Source of the DNA: Collinsella sp. | GTDB taxonomy: Bacteria > Actinomycetota > Coriobacteriia > Coriobacteriales > Coriobacteriaceae | DNA length: 64,000 bases | Direction: 5' to 3' | Assembly (NCBI GenBank): GCA_048519165.1 | Contig: DBFZVF010000010.1 | Span: forward strand, 177 to 64,176 | Part shown: positions 46,958-54,462 of the stretch, piece by piece | Layout: every line of letters starts with the position of its first letter | How positions within the stretch are numbered: position 1 is the stretch's first letter | The notes under the pieces: model-generated | What the model was told of the DNA's origin: nothing | What the model saw: only the letters and a program-made list of their open reading frames with translations | Databases searched by the model: none | Position numbers and translations under genes: made by a program

Positions 46958-48262
46958 TTAACACCCCAACGCGCGAACGGGTATCACGTAGATACCGTCC
47001 TCGACCTCGCGGGCGTACTCACCCACCCCCACAATCACGGCCATAAACTCCGGTTCGCGTGTGCGTGAACGAGGATTTCCACAGACCTTCTTGCGAACGC
47101 GCTTGAGGCTCTCGACGCCGGCGCTCGCTTTATCTTCACTCACCTTAATCTCAAAGGCGGCCCACCGTCCGTCGGCTAGCTGCACGATAGCATCGCACTC
47201 AAGGCCCGAATCGTCGCGATAATAGCGCACGGGCGTGCTATCCAGCAGGTCGAGCGAACGTGCGTAGACCGAAAGGTCGCGTATGACCAAATTCTCAAAC
47301 ACCAGACCAAATGTCTGCCAGTCGGCAAGCAGCGCCCGCGAGGACATACCTAGCAAGGCGCAAGCAAGGCTCGGATCTGCCAGATAGCGCTTGGGCTTGA
47401 CGGTAAAGCGCCGTTTGTCGCGCGCGGCGGGAACCCAACCGGGAACCTCCTCGAGAATAAACATGCCTTTGAGGGCATCCAGGTACCTGCGCACCTTGGT
47501 CTCATCGGCAAACGCTGCGGGCTCCTCCTCGGCACCGAACATATCCATAAGAATCGTTTTATACGTGGTTGCCTGTCCCAGATTGCGCGCGATCGATGCT
47601 GACACTCGACGGGCAATATCGGGGTCGAGACCGACCGCCGGGAAGCTGCTCGAAAACGTGGTGTTGAGATATTCGCGGGCGATGAGCTGGGCGTCAGCCG
47701 AAACCATATCGATCGCCTCGGGCCAGCCGCCGCGGCAAGCGGCTTCGACAAGCCCCGGTGTATCGCCATCGCACCGGCAGGGCTCAAAACGATGCTCAAA
47801 CAAGCCCGCCAGGCTCACCTTGCCGTTGGACTCACCTGTCTCGGCAAGCGTCATGGGGTGCATGCGGACGCGGCCGATGCGGCCAGCTCCACTATGCGCG
47901 GGCGCCTCCGCCTTTGAGCCAAACGCGGGCGTGGCGGAACCCGTGAGGATATAGGCGCCGCGCGTACCCCGGGTGCGGTCAACCTCGTGTCTAACGTAGT
48001 CCCAAATCTGGGGAACGCGCTGCCACTCATCGATAATATGCGGACGGTCTCCCAGCAACATCATCGCCGGGTCGGCACGCGCGAGGTCGAGATTCTCGTC
48101 GACATACGAGACGGACGCCCCGTGCTCGAGCGCGGCCCACGTCTTGCCGCACCACTTGGTGCCCGCAATCTCGACCGCGCCAAAGACACGAAGGTAGCGC
48201 TCGATTTGCGCATCCACGATACGTGGGATGTATCCGTCCCGATGTAGCCTCTCGCCTGCCAT
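46958..48262 (-). CDS. AAA_14 ATPase with DUF4143 and C-terminal PD-(D/E)XK-like nuclease
   Basis: YIPRIVD, Walker A GTKWCGKT, IIDEWQ, ILTGS, GGWPE, KRYLADPSL, FENLV, YYRD..G.ECD...FEIK. Confidence 0.9.
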   Translation of the reverse strand: MAGERLHRDGYIPRIVDAQIERYLRVFGAVEIAGTKWCGKTWAALEHGASVSYVDENLDLARADPAMMLLGDRPHIIDEWQRVPQIWDYVRHEVDRTRGTRGAYILTGSATPAFGSKAEAPAHSGAGRIGRVRMHPMTLAETGESNGKVSLAGLFEHRFEPCRCDGDTPGLVEAACRGGWPEAIDMVSADAQLIAREYLNTTFSSSFPAVGLDPDIARRVSASIARNLGQATTYKTILMDMFGAEEEPAAFADETKVRRYLDALKGMFILEEVPGWVPAARDKRRFTVKPKRYLADPSLACALLGMSSRALLADWQTFGLVFENLVIRDLSVYARSLDLLDSTPVRYYRDDSGLECDAIVQLADGRWAAFEIKVSEDKASAGVESLKRVRKKVCGNPRSRTREPEFMAVIVGVGEYAREVEDGIYVIPVRALGC

Positions 48263-48321
48263 GAGCCACCTCCGCAGATTTCCAGTTCCTGCTTTCTGAT
48301 TCTTCTATTCCACTGTAGCAA

Positions 48322-48425
48322 ATTCGGATTTTCGGGTGGTTGCGATTCGGATTTTCGTGTTCATATAATTCGGATTTTCCTGTTCTAAGGATTCGGATTT
48401 TCGGATGTATAAGATTCGGATTTTC
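48322..48425. repeat. Five perfect ATTCGGATTTTC direct repeats at 23-bp period
   Basis: Copies at 48322, 48345, 48368, 48391, 48414 with unrelated 11-nt spacers. Confidence 0.95.
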
Positions 48426-48458
48426 TGAATCCGCTGGTCAGGGGCACCTCTTATCGAC

Positions 48459-48494
48459 AAAAAGGCAGGGAGCACCGATACGGCACTCCCCGCC
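48459..48494 (-). terminator. Intrinsic terminator after the oxidoreductase
   Basis: GGCAGGGAG...CTCCCCGCC stem plus T5 on the minus strand. Confidence 0.65.
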
Positions 48495-48520
48495 CACTCA
48501 ATACGCGATGGCTTTCTCGG

Positions 48521-50557
48521 CTACAGCTCGTTGGCCGCGTGATACGCCGTGCGAATGGCGCTCGCGATGTCGGCGGTGCGCTCGCCCGAGCAGTCGCCCA
48601 CGTAGGTCACGGGTACCGTCACGCCGTCCAGGTCAAACGCGTTGGCCTTGGAGCCCACGGCCATCACCACGTAATCGCAGACGATCTTCACCGGCTCCTC
48701 GGCGCCGTCCTCGGTGGTGCGAATGGCCTCCACGCCCTCATCAGTAATGGCGGTCAGGCGGGTCTTCACGTGCTGCTCCACGTTATGCTCGGCAAAGTCG
48801 CTCATAATCAGCGGCAGAATGGTCTCGGACTCGCCCGCGGCAATCTTGTCGAGCATCTCCACGATCGCCACCTCGCAGCCGTGCTGCAGCAGGTACTCGG
48901 CAGTCTCGGTGCCCACCAGGCCGCCGCCAATGACGGCGACGCGGCCCGTAAGCTCCACCTTGCCGGCCAGCACGTCCCAGCTCGAGACGACCTTGTCCGA
49001 ATCGGCACCCGGAACGGGAATGACCACGTCGTGCGCGCCCACGGCCACAATCGCGGCGTCGGCGGCGTTGAGGTCCTCGGCGGTAGCGGCATGGTTGAGC
49101 TCAACCTTCACGCCCAGGCCGGGCAGAATCTTCTCGTAATACTCGACCGAGCGCATGATCTCGTCCTTGCGCGGAGGCGCGGCCGCCAGCACAATCTGGC
49201 CGCCCAGATGATCGCTCGCCTCGTAGACGGTCACGTCGTAGCCGCGCTTGGCCGCCACGCGTGCGGCCTCCAGGCCGGCGATACCGCCGCCCACCACGGC
49301 GATCTTCTTGTCGCCCTCGCCCGGCTTAATGGCGATAGTCGCCTCGTCGCCGTTCTCGGCATTGAGCACGCACGAGATGTACTTGCGGTTTTGAATCGCA
49401 TCGACGCAGCCCTTGTTGCAGTTGAGGCACTCGCGGATAGGCTCGCCCGTGGCAGCCTTCAGCGCAATGTCGGGGTCGCACATGAGCGAGCGGCCATAGG
49501 CGATGATGTCGGCGGCGCCGTCTTCCAGAATCTTCTCGCCGGCCTCGACCGAGACAACACGGCCGACGGTTGCCACCGGCACGGAGACCAGGGCCTTGAC
49601 GCGCTCGGCCACGGGTAGCGTCCAGTTGTAGGGCATGGCGCCCATGGGCGGAATGGTGTCGCCCATGTTGCCGGTGTGGTTGGCCTGTGCGACCTGGATC
49701 ATGTCGATGCCCGCGCCCTCAAGCAGCTTGGCGAACTCGCAGGCCTCGTCGGGCTGCAGTCCACCCTTGCCGCGCGGCGTGCCGTCGGGGTTCTCCATGA
49801 TCACGGGGAGCTTGTACTCCACCATCAGCTGCGGCGCGGCCTCCTTAATGGCAGCGACGACCTCCAGCGCATAGCGAACGCGGTTCTCGAACGAGCCGCC
49901 GTACTCGTCGGTACGATGGTTGAGGATGGCTGAGCACAGCGAACCCACCAGGCGGTCGCCGTGGACCTCGATGGCGTCGATGCCGGCCTGCTGCGCGCGA
50001 GCGGCCGAGGCGGCGATGGCCTCCTTGATCTGGGTGAGCTGCTCTACGCTCGCCTCGTTCACAAAGTGCTGCATGTCGTGGTGCAGCTTGGCGTAGGCCT
50101 GCTTGCGGATCTCGTTGGACTCGGCCATCTTGGCGGCAAAGGTCTCCTCGTCGCCGGCGGCCTTGGCCTCCTGCGCGGCCTTGGCGGCGGCCATGGAGCC
50201 CATGACCATGCGGCCGACGCCGGGCACGTCGTACTCGGGGTGGAACAGCTGCAGCGCGACCTTGGCACCGTGCTTGTGGACGGCGTCGGCCAGCGCCTTA
50301 AACGTGGGGATCTGGGCGTCGGTCGCCAGCTTGGGCGTGGGGCTCGCGGTCACAACGGGAGCGACGTCGCCGATGACGATGTAGCTCACGCCGCCACGGG
50401 CCAGGCGCTCGTAAAAAGCCAGGCTGCGCTCGCCAATGGAGCCGTCGCGCTCCTCGTAGCCGGTGGTCAGCGGCGGAAACATAATGCGGTTCTTGAGCTC
50501 AAGGGGGCCAACCGTAATGGGCTGGAGCAGTTTGGATGCAGGTGCGGTCATGGACAT
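48521..50557 (-). CDS. bilR: Old Yellow Enzyme/FadH-type flavoenzyme with HGDR motif; probable long-form bilirubin reductase
   Basis: FPPLTTGYEERDGSIG, EVHGDRL, RTDEYGGSFENR, CLNCNKGC...C, two Rossmann GGGxxG motifs. Confidence 0.8.
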   Translation of the reverse strand: MSMTAPASKLLQPITVGPLELKNRIMFPPLTTGYEERDGSIGERSLAFYERLARGGVSYIVIGDVAPVVTASPTPKLATDAQIPTFKALADAVHKHGAKVALQLFHPEYDVPGVGRMVMGSMAAAKAAQEAKAAGDEETFAAKMAESNEIRKQAYAKLHHDMQHFVNEASVEQLTQIKEAIAASAARAQQAGIDAIEVHGDRLVGSLCSAILNHRTDEYGGSFENRVRYALEVVAAIKEAAPQLMVEYKLPVIMENPDGTPRGKGGLQPDEACEFAKLLEGAGIDMIQVAQANHTGNMGDTIPPMGAMPYNWTLPVAERVKALVSVPVATVGRVVSVEAGEKILEDGAADIIAYGRSLMCDPDIALKAATGEPIRECLNCNKGCVDAIQNRKYISCVLNAENGDEATIAIKPGEGDKKIAVVGGGIAGLEAARVAAKRGYDVTVYEASDHLGGQIVLAAAPPRKDEIMRSVEYYEKILPGLGVKVELNHAATAEDLNAADAAIVAVGAHDVVIPVPGADSDKVVSSWDVLAGKVELTGRVAVIGGGLVGTETAEYLLQHGCEVAIVEMLDKIAAGESETILPLIMSDFAEHNVEQHVKTRLTAITDEGVEAIRTTEDGAEEPVKIVCDYVVMAVGSKANAFDLDGVTVPVTYVGDCSGERTADIASAIRTAYHAANEL

Positions 50558-50693
50558 TCCTCTCTTGTAGGCGCGGCGGCGATGGTGCCGCGTGGTTGTC
50601 TAGAGGATATGGCATGGGGGTACAGCGGCACAACGAAAATCGGCGAATATCAGGTGGCGGCAGGTGGATGGGGTGGGACCGACTGCCGGCTTG

Positions 50694-51071
50694 TCTCAAT
50701 CTGTAACAGTTACTCGGCGAAATCCGGATCTTGCTGTTACAGATCGAGATATTCATCTCGACCCATCCTCAACAATCTAGATCTGTAACAGCTAGGCCCA
50801 TTTTTGTCCCCCACCTGTTACAGATCGAGACAATAGAAACCATCCCAACAAAACGTCTCGATCTGTAACATCTATCGACCAAAACCGGCCCTAGGCATTA
50901 CAGATCGAGACAAACCAAACCCGCCTGCTAGAAAATCTCAATCTGTAACAGCTGCTCGGCAAAATCCATCCCTCGTGTTACAGATTTAGACAAACGGGAC
51001 CCAAACCACCGGTATATCTCGATCTGTAACATCTAGCCGCCCAAATTGCGTCCTGGTGTTACAGATCGAGA
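50694..51071. repeat. Array of ten alternately inverted 15-bp repeats with unique 25-26-nt spacers
   Basis: TCTCGATCTGTAACA-like at 50694, 50776, 50856, 50936, 51017; reverse complement at 50735, 50816, 50896, 50976, 51057. Confidence 0.95.
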
Positions 51072-51122
51072 TCTTTGATTGAGAGGCCGAGAATTGGACC
51101 GAGAACACGGTCCCGGAATAAC

Positions 51123-51152
51123 AAAAAAGCTCGCCGGCTAGACCGACGAGCT
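51123..51152 (-). terminator. Terminator of the tRNA gene
   Basis: AGCTCGCCGG/CCGACGAGCT stem plus T6 on the minus strand. Confidence 0.75.
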
Positions 51153-51161
51153 GCAAGTTCT

Positions 51162-51238
51162 TGGTCGCGGGGGCAGGATTTGAACCTACGACCTCCGGGT
51201 TATGAGCCCGGCGAGCTACCAGACTGCTCCACCCCGCA
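51162..51238 (-). tRNA. tRNA-fMet (initiator, CAT)
   Basis: TGCGGGGTGGAGCAGTCTGGTAGCTCGCCGGGCTCATAACCCGGAGGTCGTAGGTTCAAATCCTGCCCCCGCGACCA; three G-C pairs in the anticodon stem; encoded CCA. Confidence 0.95.
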
Positions 51239-51434
51239 ATGTCTGGGCGCCTCATGTGCGCAAGAAAGAATATTACGTGGGAGTTCGGTAAACGGCAAGG
51301 AAAATCTCGTAGAGCATAATTCCTTCATATTTAAACCCCTCAGTCCGCATCACCGTAAACGAATCGCAGCCGAGCGCCGTCGACGGCACGTATACAATGG
51401 TGCGCGTCCTTTTACGCCGACACTGGGAGTAGAC

Positions 51435-52208
51435 ATGCTGCTCGCTATCGATATGGGAAACACGCAGACGGCCATGGGCCTGTTTGACGGAGACGAGCTG
51501 GTGCAGTCGTGGCGCATGCCCACCGACCGCTCCTATACCGCCGACGAGATCCATGTGCGCCTGATGGGCTTCTTTAAGATGTACGGCCTCTCGCTCGACG
51601 CGGTCGACGCGGTCGCCTTCGCCGGCGTGGTGCCGCAGCTCTCGCGCGAGTGGCACACTGTGGCCGACCGCATTGCCGCGGACGCCATCGTTATCGGGCC
51701 GCAGACGGCCGCGGTGACCAAGCTGCGCGCGGCGCGTCCCCAGGCCGTAGGCGCCGATCGCGTCGCTAACGCCGTTGCGGCCGAGACCTTCTACGGCGCG
51801 CCGGCAATCGTGGTGGACTTTGGCACCGCGACCAATATCGACGTCATCGATGAGGACGGTTATTACATTGGCGGAGCGATCGCGCCGGGCATTCGCATCT
51901 CCATGGACGCGCTTGCCGCCCGTGCCGCCAAGCTCGCCAGCGTGCCGCTCGAGGCGCCCGAGCACGCCATCGGCCGCGATACCGAGGAGTGCATCAAGGT
52001 CGGCGCCGTGATGGGCGCCGCCGCCATGGCCGAGGGCCTGGTCGCGCGCATGAAGCGCGAGCTGGGCCGCGAGGATGCCACCGTTATCGCCACGGGCGGT
52101 CTCGCCGGCATCGTCGCCGATTCGACCGATGCCTTCGACGTGGTCGACGGACAGCTCACCATCAAGGGTATCTGCGAAATCTACCGCCGCATGCAGGAGC
52201 TGGGATAG
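51435..52208 (+). CDS. coaX: Type III pantothenate kinase
   Basis: MLLAIDMGNT, GADR, VDFGTAT, GGAIAPG, IATGG. Confidence 0.95.
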   Translation: MLLAIDMGNTQTAMGLFDGDELVQSWRMPTDRSYTADEIHVRLMGFFKMYGLSLDAVDAVAFAGVVPQLSREWHTVADRIAADAIVIGPQTAAVTKLRAARPQAVGADRVANAVAAETFYGAPAIVVDFGTATNIDVIDEDGYYIGGAIAPGIRISMDALAARAAKLASVPLEAPEHAIGRDTEECIKVGAVMGAAAMAEGLVARMKRELGREDATVIATGGLAGIVADSTDAFDVVDGQLTIKGICEIYRRMQELG

Positions 52209-52263
52209 AGCAGGGGCTTAAGTCGAGCACGAACGCGAGCGGCGAACTAGGCAACGCATCGGT

Positions 52264-52306
52264 CCTATTCCTCAAAATCGAAAATTTATCAGTTTTGAGG
52301 AATAGG
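52264..52306. repeat. 43-bp palindrome, downstream copy
   Basis: CCTATTCCTCAAAA-TCGAAAATTTATCAG-TTTTGAGGAATAGG. Confidence 0.92.
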
Positions 52307-52313
52307 CTTTCTG

Positions 52314-53510
52314 CTACGCCTCGCCGCATAGCCACCTCGCCAGGTCCACGATCTGCACCCCATTGCGGTCCGTGGCCTCGTGATGCGTTCGGGCGAGAAT
52401 CATCTTGGGGTACGCGTCGCCAATGCTCAGCAGTGGCGAAATCTCGCGTTCAAATGTCTTATCCGAGCTGATGTCGTCGCTCACCTGAATGTAGAGCTTC
52501 TCGCTTCGCTTGATTGCTATAAAGTCAATTTCCTTTTTATAGAGCACACCGACGTATACCTCGTATCCGCGGCGCAGCAGCTCGATGGCCACCATGTTCT
52601 CGTATACGCGTCCCCAATCCATATCACGTGTACCGAGCAGTGCGTATTTGAACGCGTGGTCTGCCAGGTAATATTTCTCGCCGCTCTTAAGGTATTTTTT
52701 GCCGCGAATGTCGTACCGACGAACTTTATAGAAGGCAAACGCATCGCACAGGTACCCCATGTACGTGCCGACCGTCTTGTTCGTAATCTTTAGCCCATCC
52801 GCATTTAATGCATCAGTAATGTTGCGTGCCGACGTAATGTTGGAAACGTTGTCCATCATGTAATCGGCAATGCGCAGCAGCGCCGATTCGTTTCTCACGT
52901 TATGCCGCTGCACGATATCCCTCACGATGAGCGTTTTAAAGACATTGGAGAGATATTGATAGCGCTGCTCCTGCAGTGGATAAGGGTAAGAGCCGGACAT
53001 ACCGCCGGTTCTCGCGTACTCATCGAAGTCGCGGTCGACATCGCCCTCGTCGCCATAGAGACGATACTCCTCAAACGAGAATGGGAAAACCTCGATCTCG
53101 AACGTACGCCCCGTAAAGAGCGTCGACAGATCGCTCGACAGCAAAAAGGCGTTCGATCCGGTAATGAAAATGTCGTACTGCTCGGATGCATGGAGGCTGT
53201 TGATCGCGCGTTCAAAGCCGTCGCACATCTGAACCTCATCGATAAGCAGGAAGTTTTGCTTGTCGGACGCTCGATGCTCTTTTACATAGGCGAGCAGGGC
53301 ATGATATTCGAGCAGGTCCTCGAACTCGTCGAGGTTGTAATTGATATGGATGACATTCGAATTGGACAGATTTGCCTCCACGTAATCGCGGAGGGCCTCG
53401 AGCAATTTTGACTTACCGCCACGGCGAATGCCCGTTATGACCTTGATGTCCGGCACGCCAATAAGGCTCGTCAACATGTCCATGTATGACGTTCTATTGA
53501 TGAGTTTCAT
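52314..53510 (-). CDS. AAA_14 ATPase with DUF4143 (wHTH plus degenerate nuclease-like C-terminus)
   Basis: ATG 53510 with SD GGAGG; GIRRGGKS, LIDEVQ, ITGSNA, FTGR, FPFSFEE, KYYLAD, YENMV, EIDF...YIQV. Confidence 0.92.
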   Translation of the reverse strand: MKLINRTSYMDMLTSLIGVPDIKVITGIRRGGKSKLLEALRDYVEANLSNSNVIHINYNLDEFEDLLEYHALLAYVKEHRASDKQNFLLIDEVQMCDGFERAINSLHASEQYDIFITGSNAFLLSSDLSTLFTGRTFEIEVFPFSFEEYRLYGDEGDVDRDFDEYARTGGMSGSYPYPLQEQRYQYLSNVFKTLIVRDIVQRHNVRNESALLRIADYMMDNVSNITSARNITDALNADGLKITNKTVGTYMGYLCDAFAFYKVRRYDIRGKKYLKSGEKYYLADHAFKYALLGTRDMDWGRVYENMVAIELLRRGYEVYVGVLYKKEIDFIAIKRSEKLYIQVSDDISSDKTFEREISPLLSIGDAYPKMILARTHHEATDRNGVQIVDLARWLCGEA

Positions 53511-53536
53511 TGGCGCCTCCCTGCGGTCTTTTATCG

Positions 53537-53664
53537 CTATTCCTCGAAACTGAAAATTTTTCAGTTTCGAGGAATAGGCTCTGCAACGAATATACCTCGC
53601 AAAAGCCCGAGCTGGCTTAATTCTATTCCTCAAAATCGAAAAATTTTCAGTTTTGAGGAATAGG
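53537..53664. repeat. Two 41-bp palindromes upstream of the ATPase
   Basis: 53537-53577 is perfect (20-bp arms, 1-nt centre); 53623-53663 is nearly identical to 52265-52305. Confidence 0.92.
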
Positions 53665-53760
53665 TCCGAGGTGCTACCCCGCAGTCACGCAAAGCCCTCC
53701 CCGGCACAGGCCGAAGAGGGCTTCGTTGTCATCGTTATCTTTGAGCGCGGGTGCCTCGCG

Positions 53761-54462
53761 TTACAGTCCGCGAATTCGTACGGCCTCGGGCGGAAACTCT
53801 TGCTCGCCGGCATCGGTCTTGATGGTCGCACGACCCCAGATGTCCAGGCCCGCAAACACACCGACCGCAAGCGGCAAACCGCTGGGCGACACCGCCGCGA
53901 CCTGACGACCCAGCAGTGGCACCATGTCAAAGTACTCGCCCAGCACCGGAGCCAGCGGGCCGGCGGCGCCCTGCGGCGTGTTGGCGGCAACTGCCCAGGT
54001 GTCCACGCGGACCAGCACGGCGGCGGCCAATGCCTCGATCAGCGCCTCATCTGCCATATCCACGCCAAGCTCACCCAGCGCCACACGCTCAACATCAACC
54101 GTCACCGCGGCAAACATACCCGCGGCACCGGCACCGCCGTTCACGGCAACGCGCGCGAGTGACGTCTCAAACGCAGGCGCACCGCACACGATATCGCTCG
54201 GCCACTGGATACCCACCTTGCCGGCAAGGCCCAACCCCGGCGTCGAAGCCGTGCCCACGAGCGCATCCATCATGCCCATCGCCGCCACAAACGGCAGGCC
54301 GTGGAAGGCGTGCATATTCACATCGGGGCGCACAACCAGCGAAAACGTCAGCGAAGCATCGCCCGCGCTCCACGCGCACCAGCCCGCGGACACGCCCTCG
54401 CGGCCCGCGTCACGCGCCGCGTTGAGCTCGGTACCAGCGGCAACAGCATTCATCTCGATCAT
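53761..54462 (-). CDS. BirA/biotin-protein-ligase-like protein, catalytically divergent
   Basis: LTFSLVVRP, IQWPSDI (cf. KWPND), LLGRQV...GVFAGLDIWGRATI C-terminal domain; no GRGR loop. Confidence 0.7.
   Translation of the reverse strand: MIEMNAVAAGTELNAARDAGREGVSAGWCAWSAGDASLTFSLVVRPDVNMHAFHGLPFVAAMGMMDALVGTASTPGLGLAGKVGIQWPSDIVCGAPAFETSLARVAVNGGAGAAGMFAAVTVDVERVALGELGVDMADEALIEALAAAVLVRVDTWAVAANTPQGAAGPLAPVLGEYFDMVPLLGRQVAAVSPSGLPLAVGVFAGLDIWGRATIKTDAGEQEFPPEAVRIRGL

Noticed and set aside
48322..48425. CRISPR or plasmid-origin call
   Set aside because: 12-bp repeats and 11-nt spacers are too short for CRISPR; no Rep gene or DnaA boxes seen.
50694..51071. CRISPR array call
   Set aside because: Repeats are only 15 bp and alternate in orientation; no cas genes in the window. 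Kept as an unclassified array.
31100..51238. Integrative element or prophage inserted at tRNA-fMet
   Set aside because: No integrase, phage or conjugation genes, and I saw no duplicate of the tRNA 3' end (checked by eye only).
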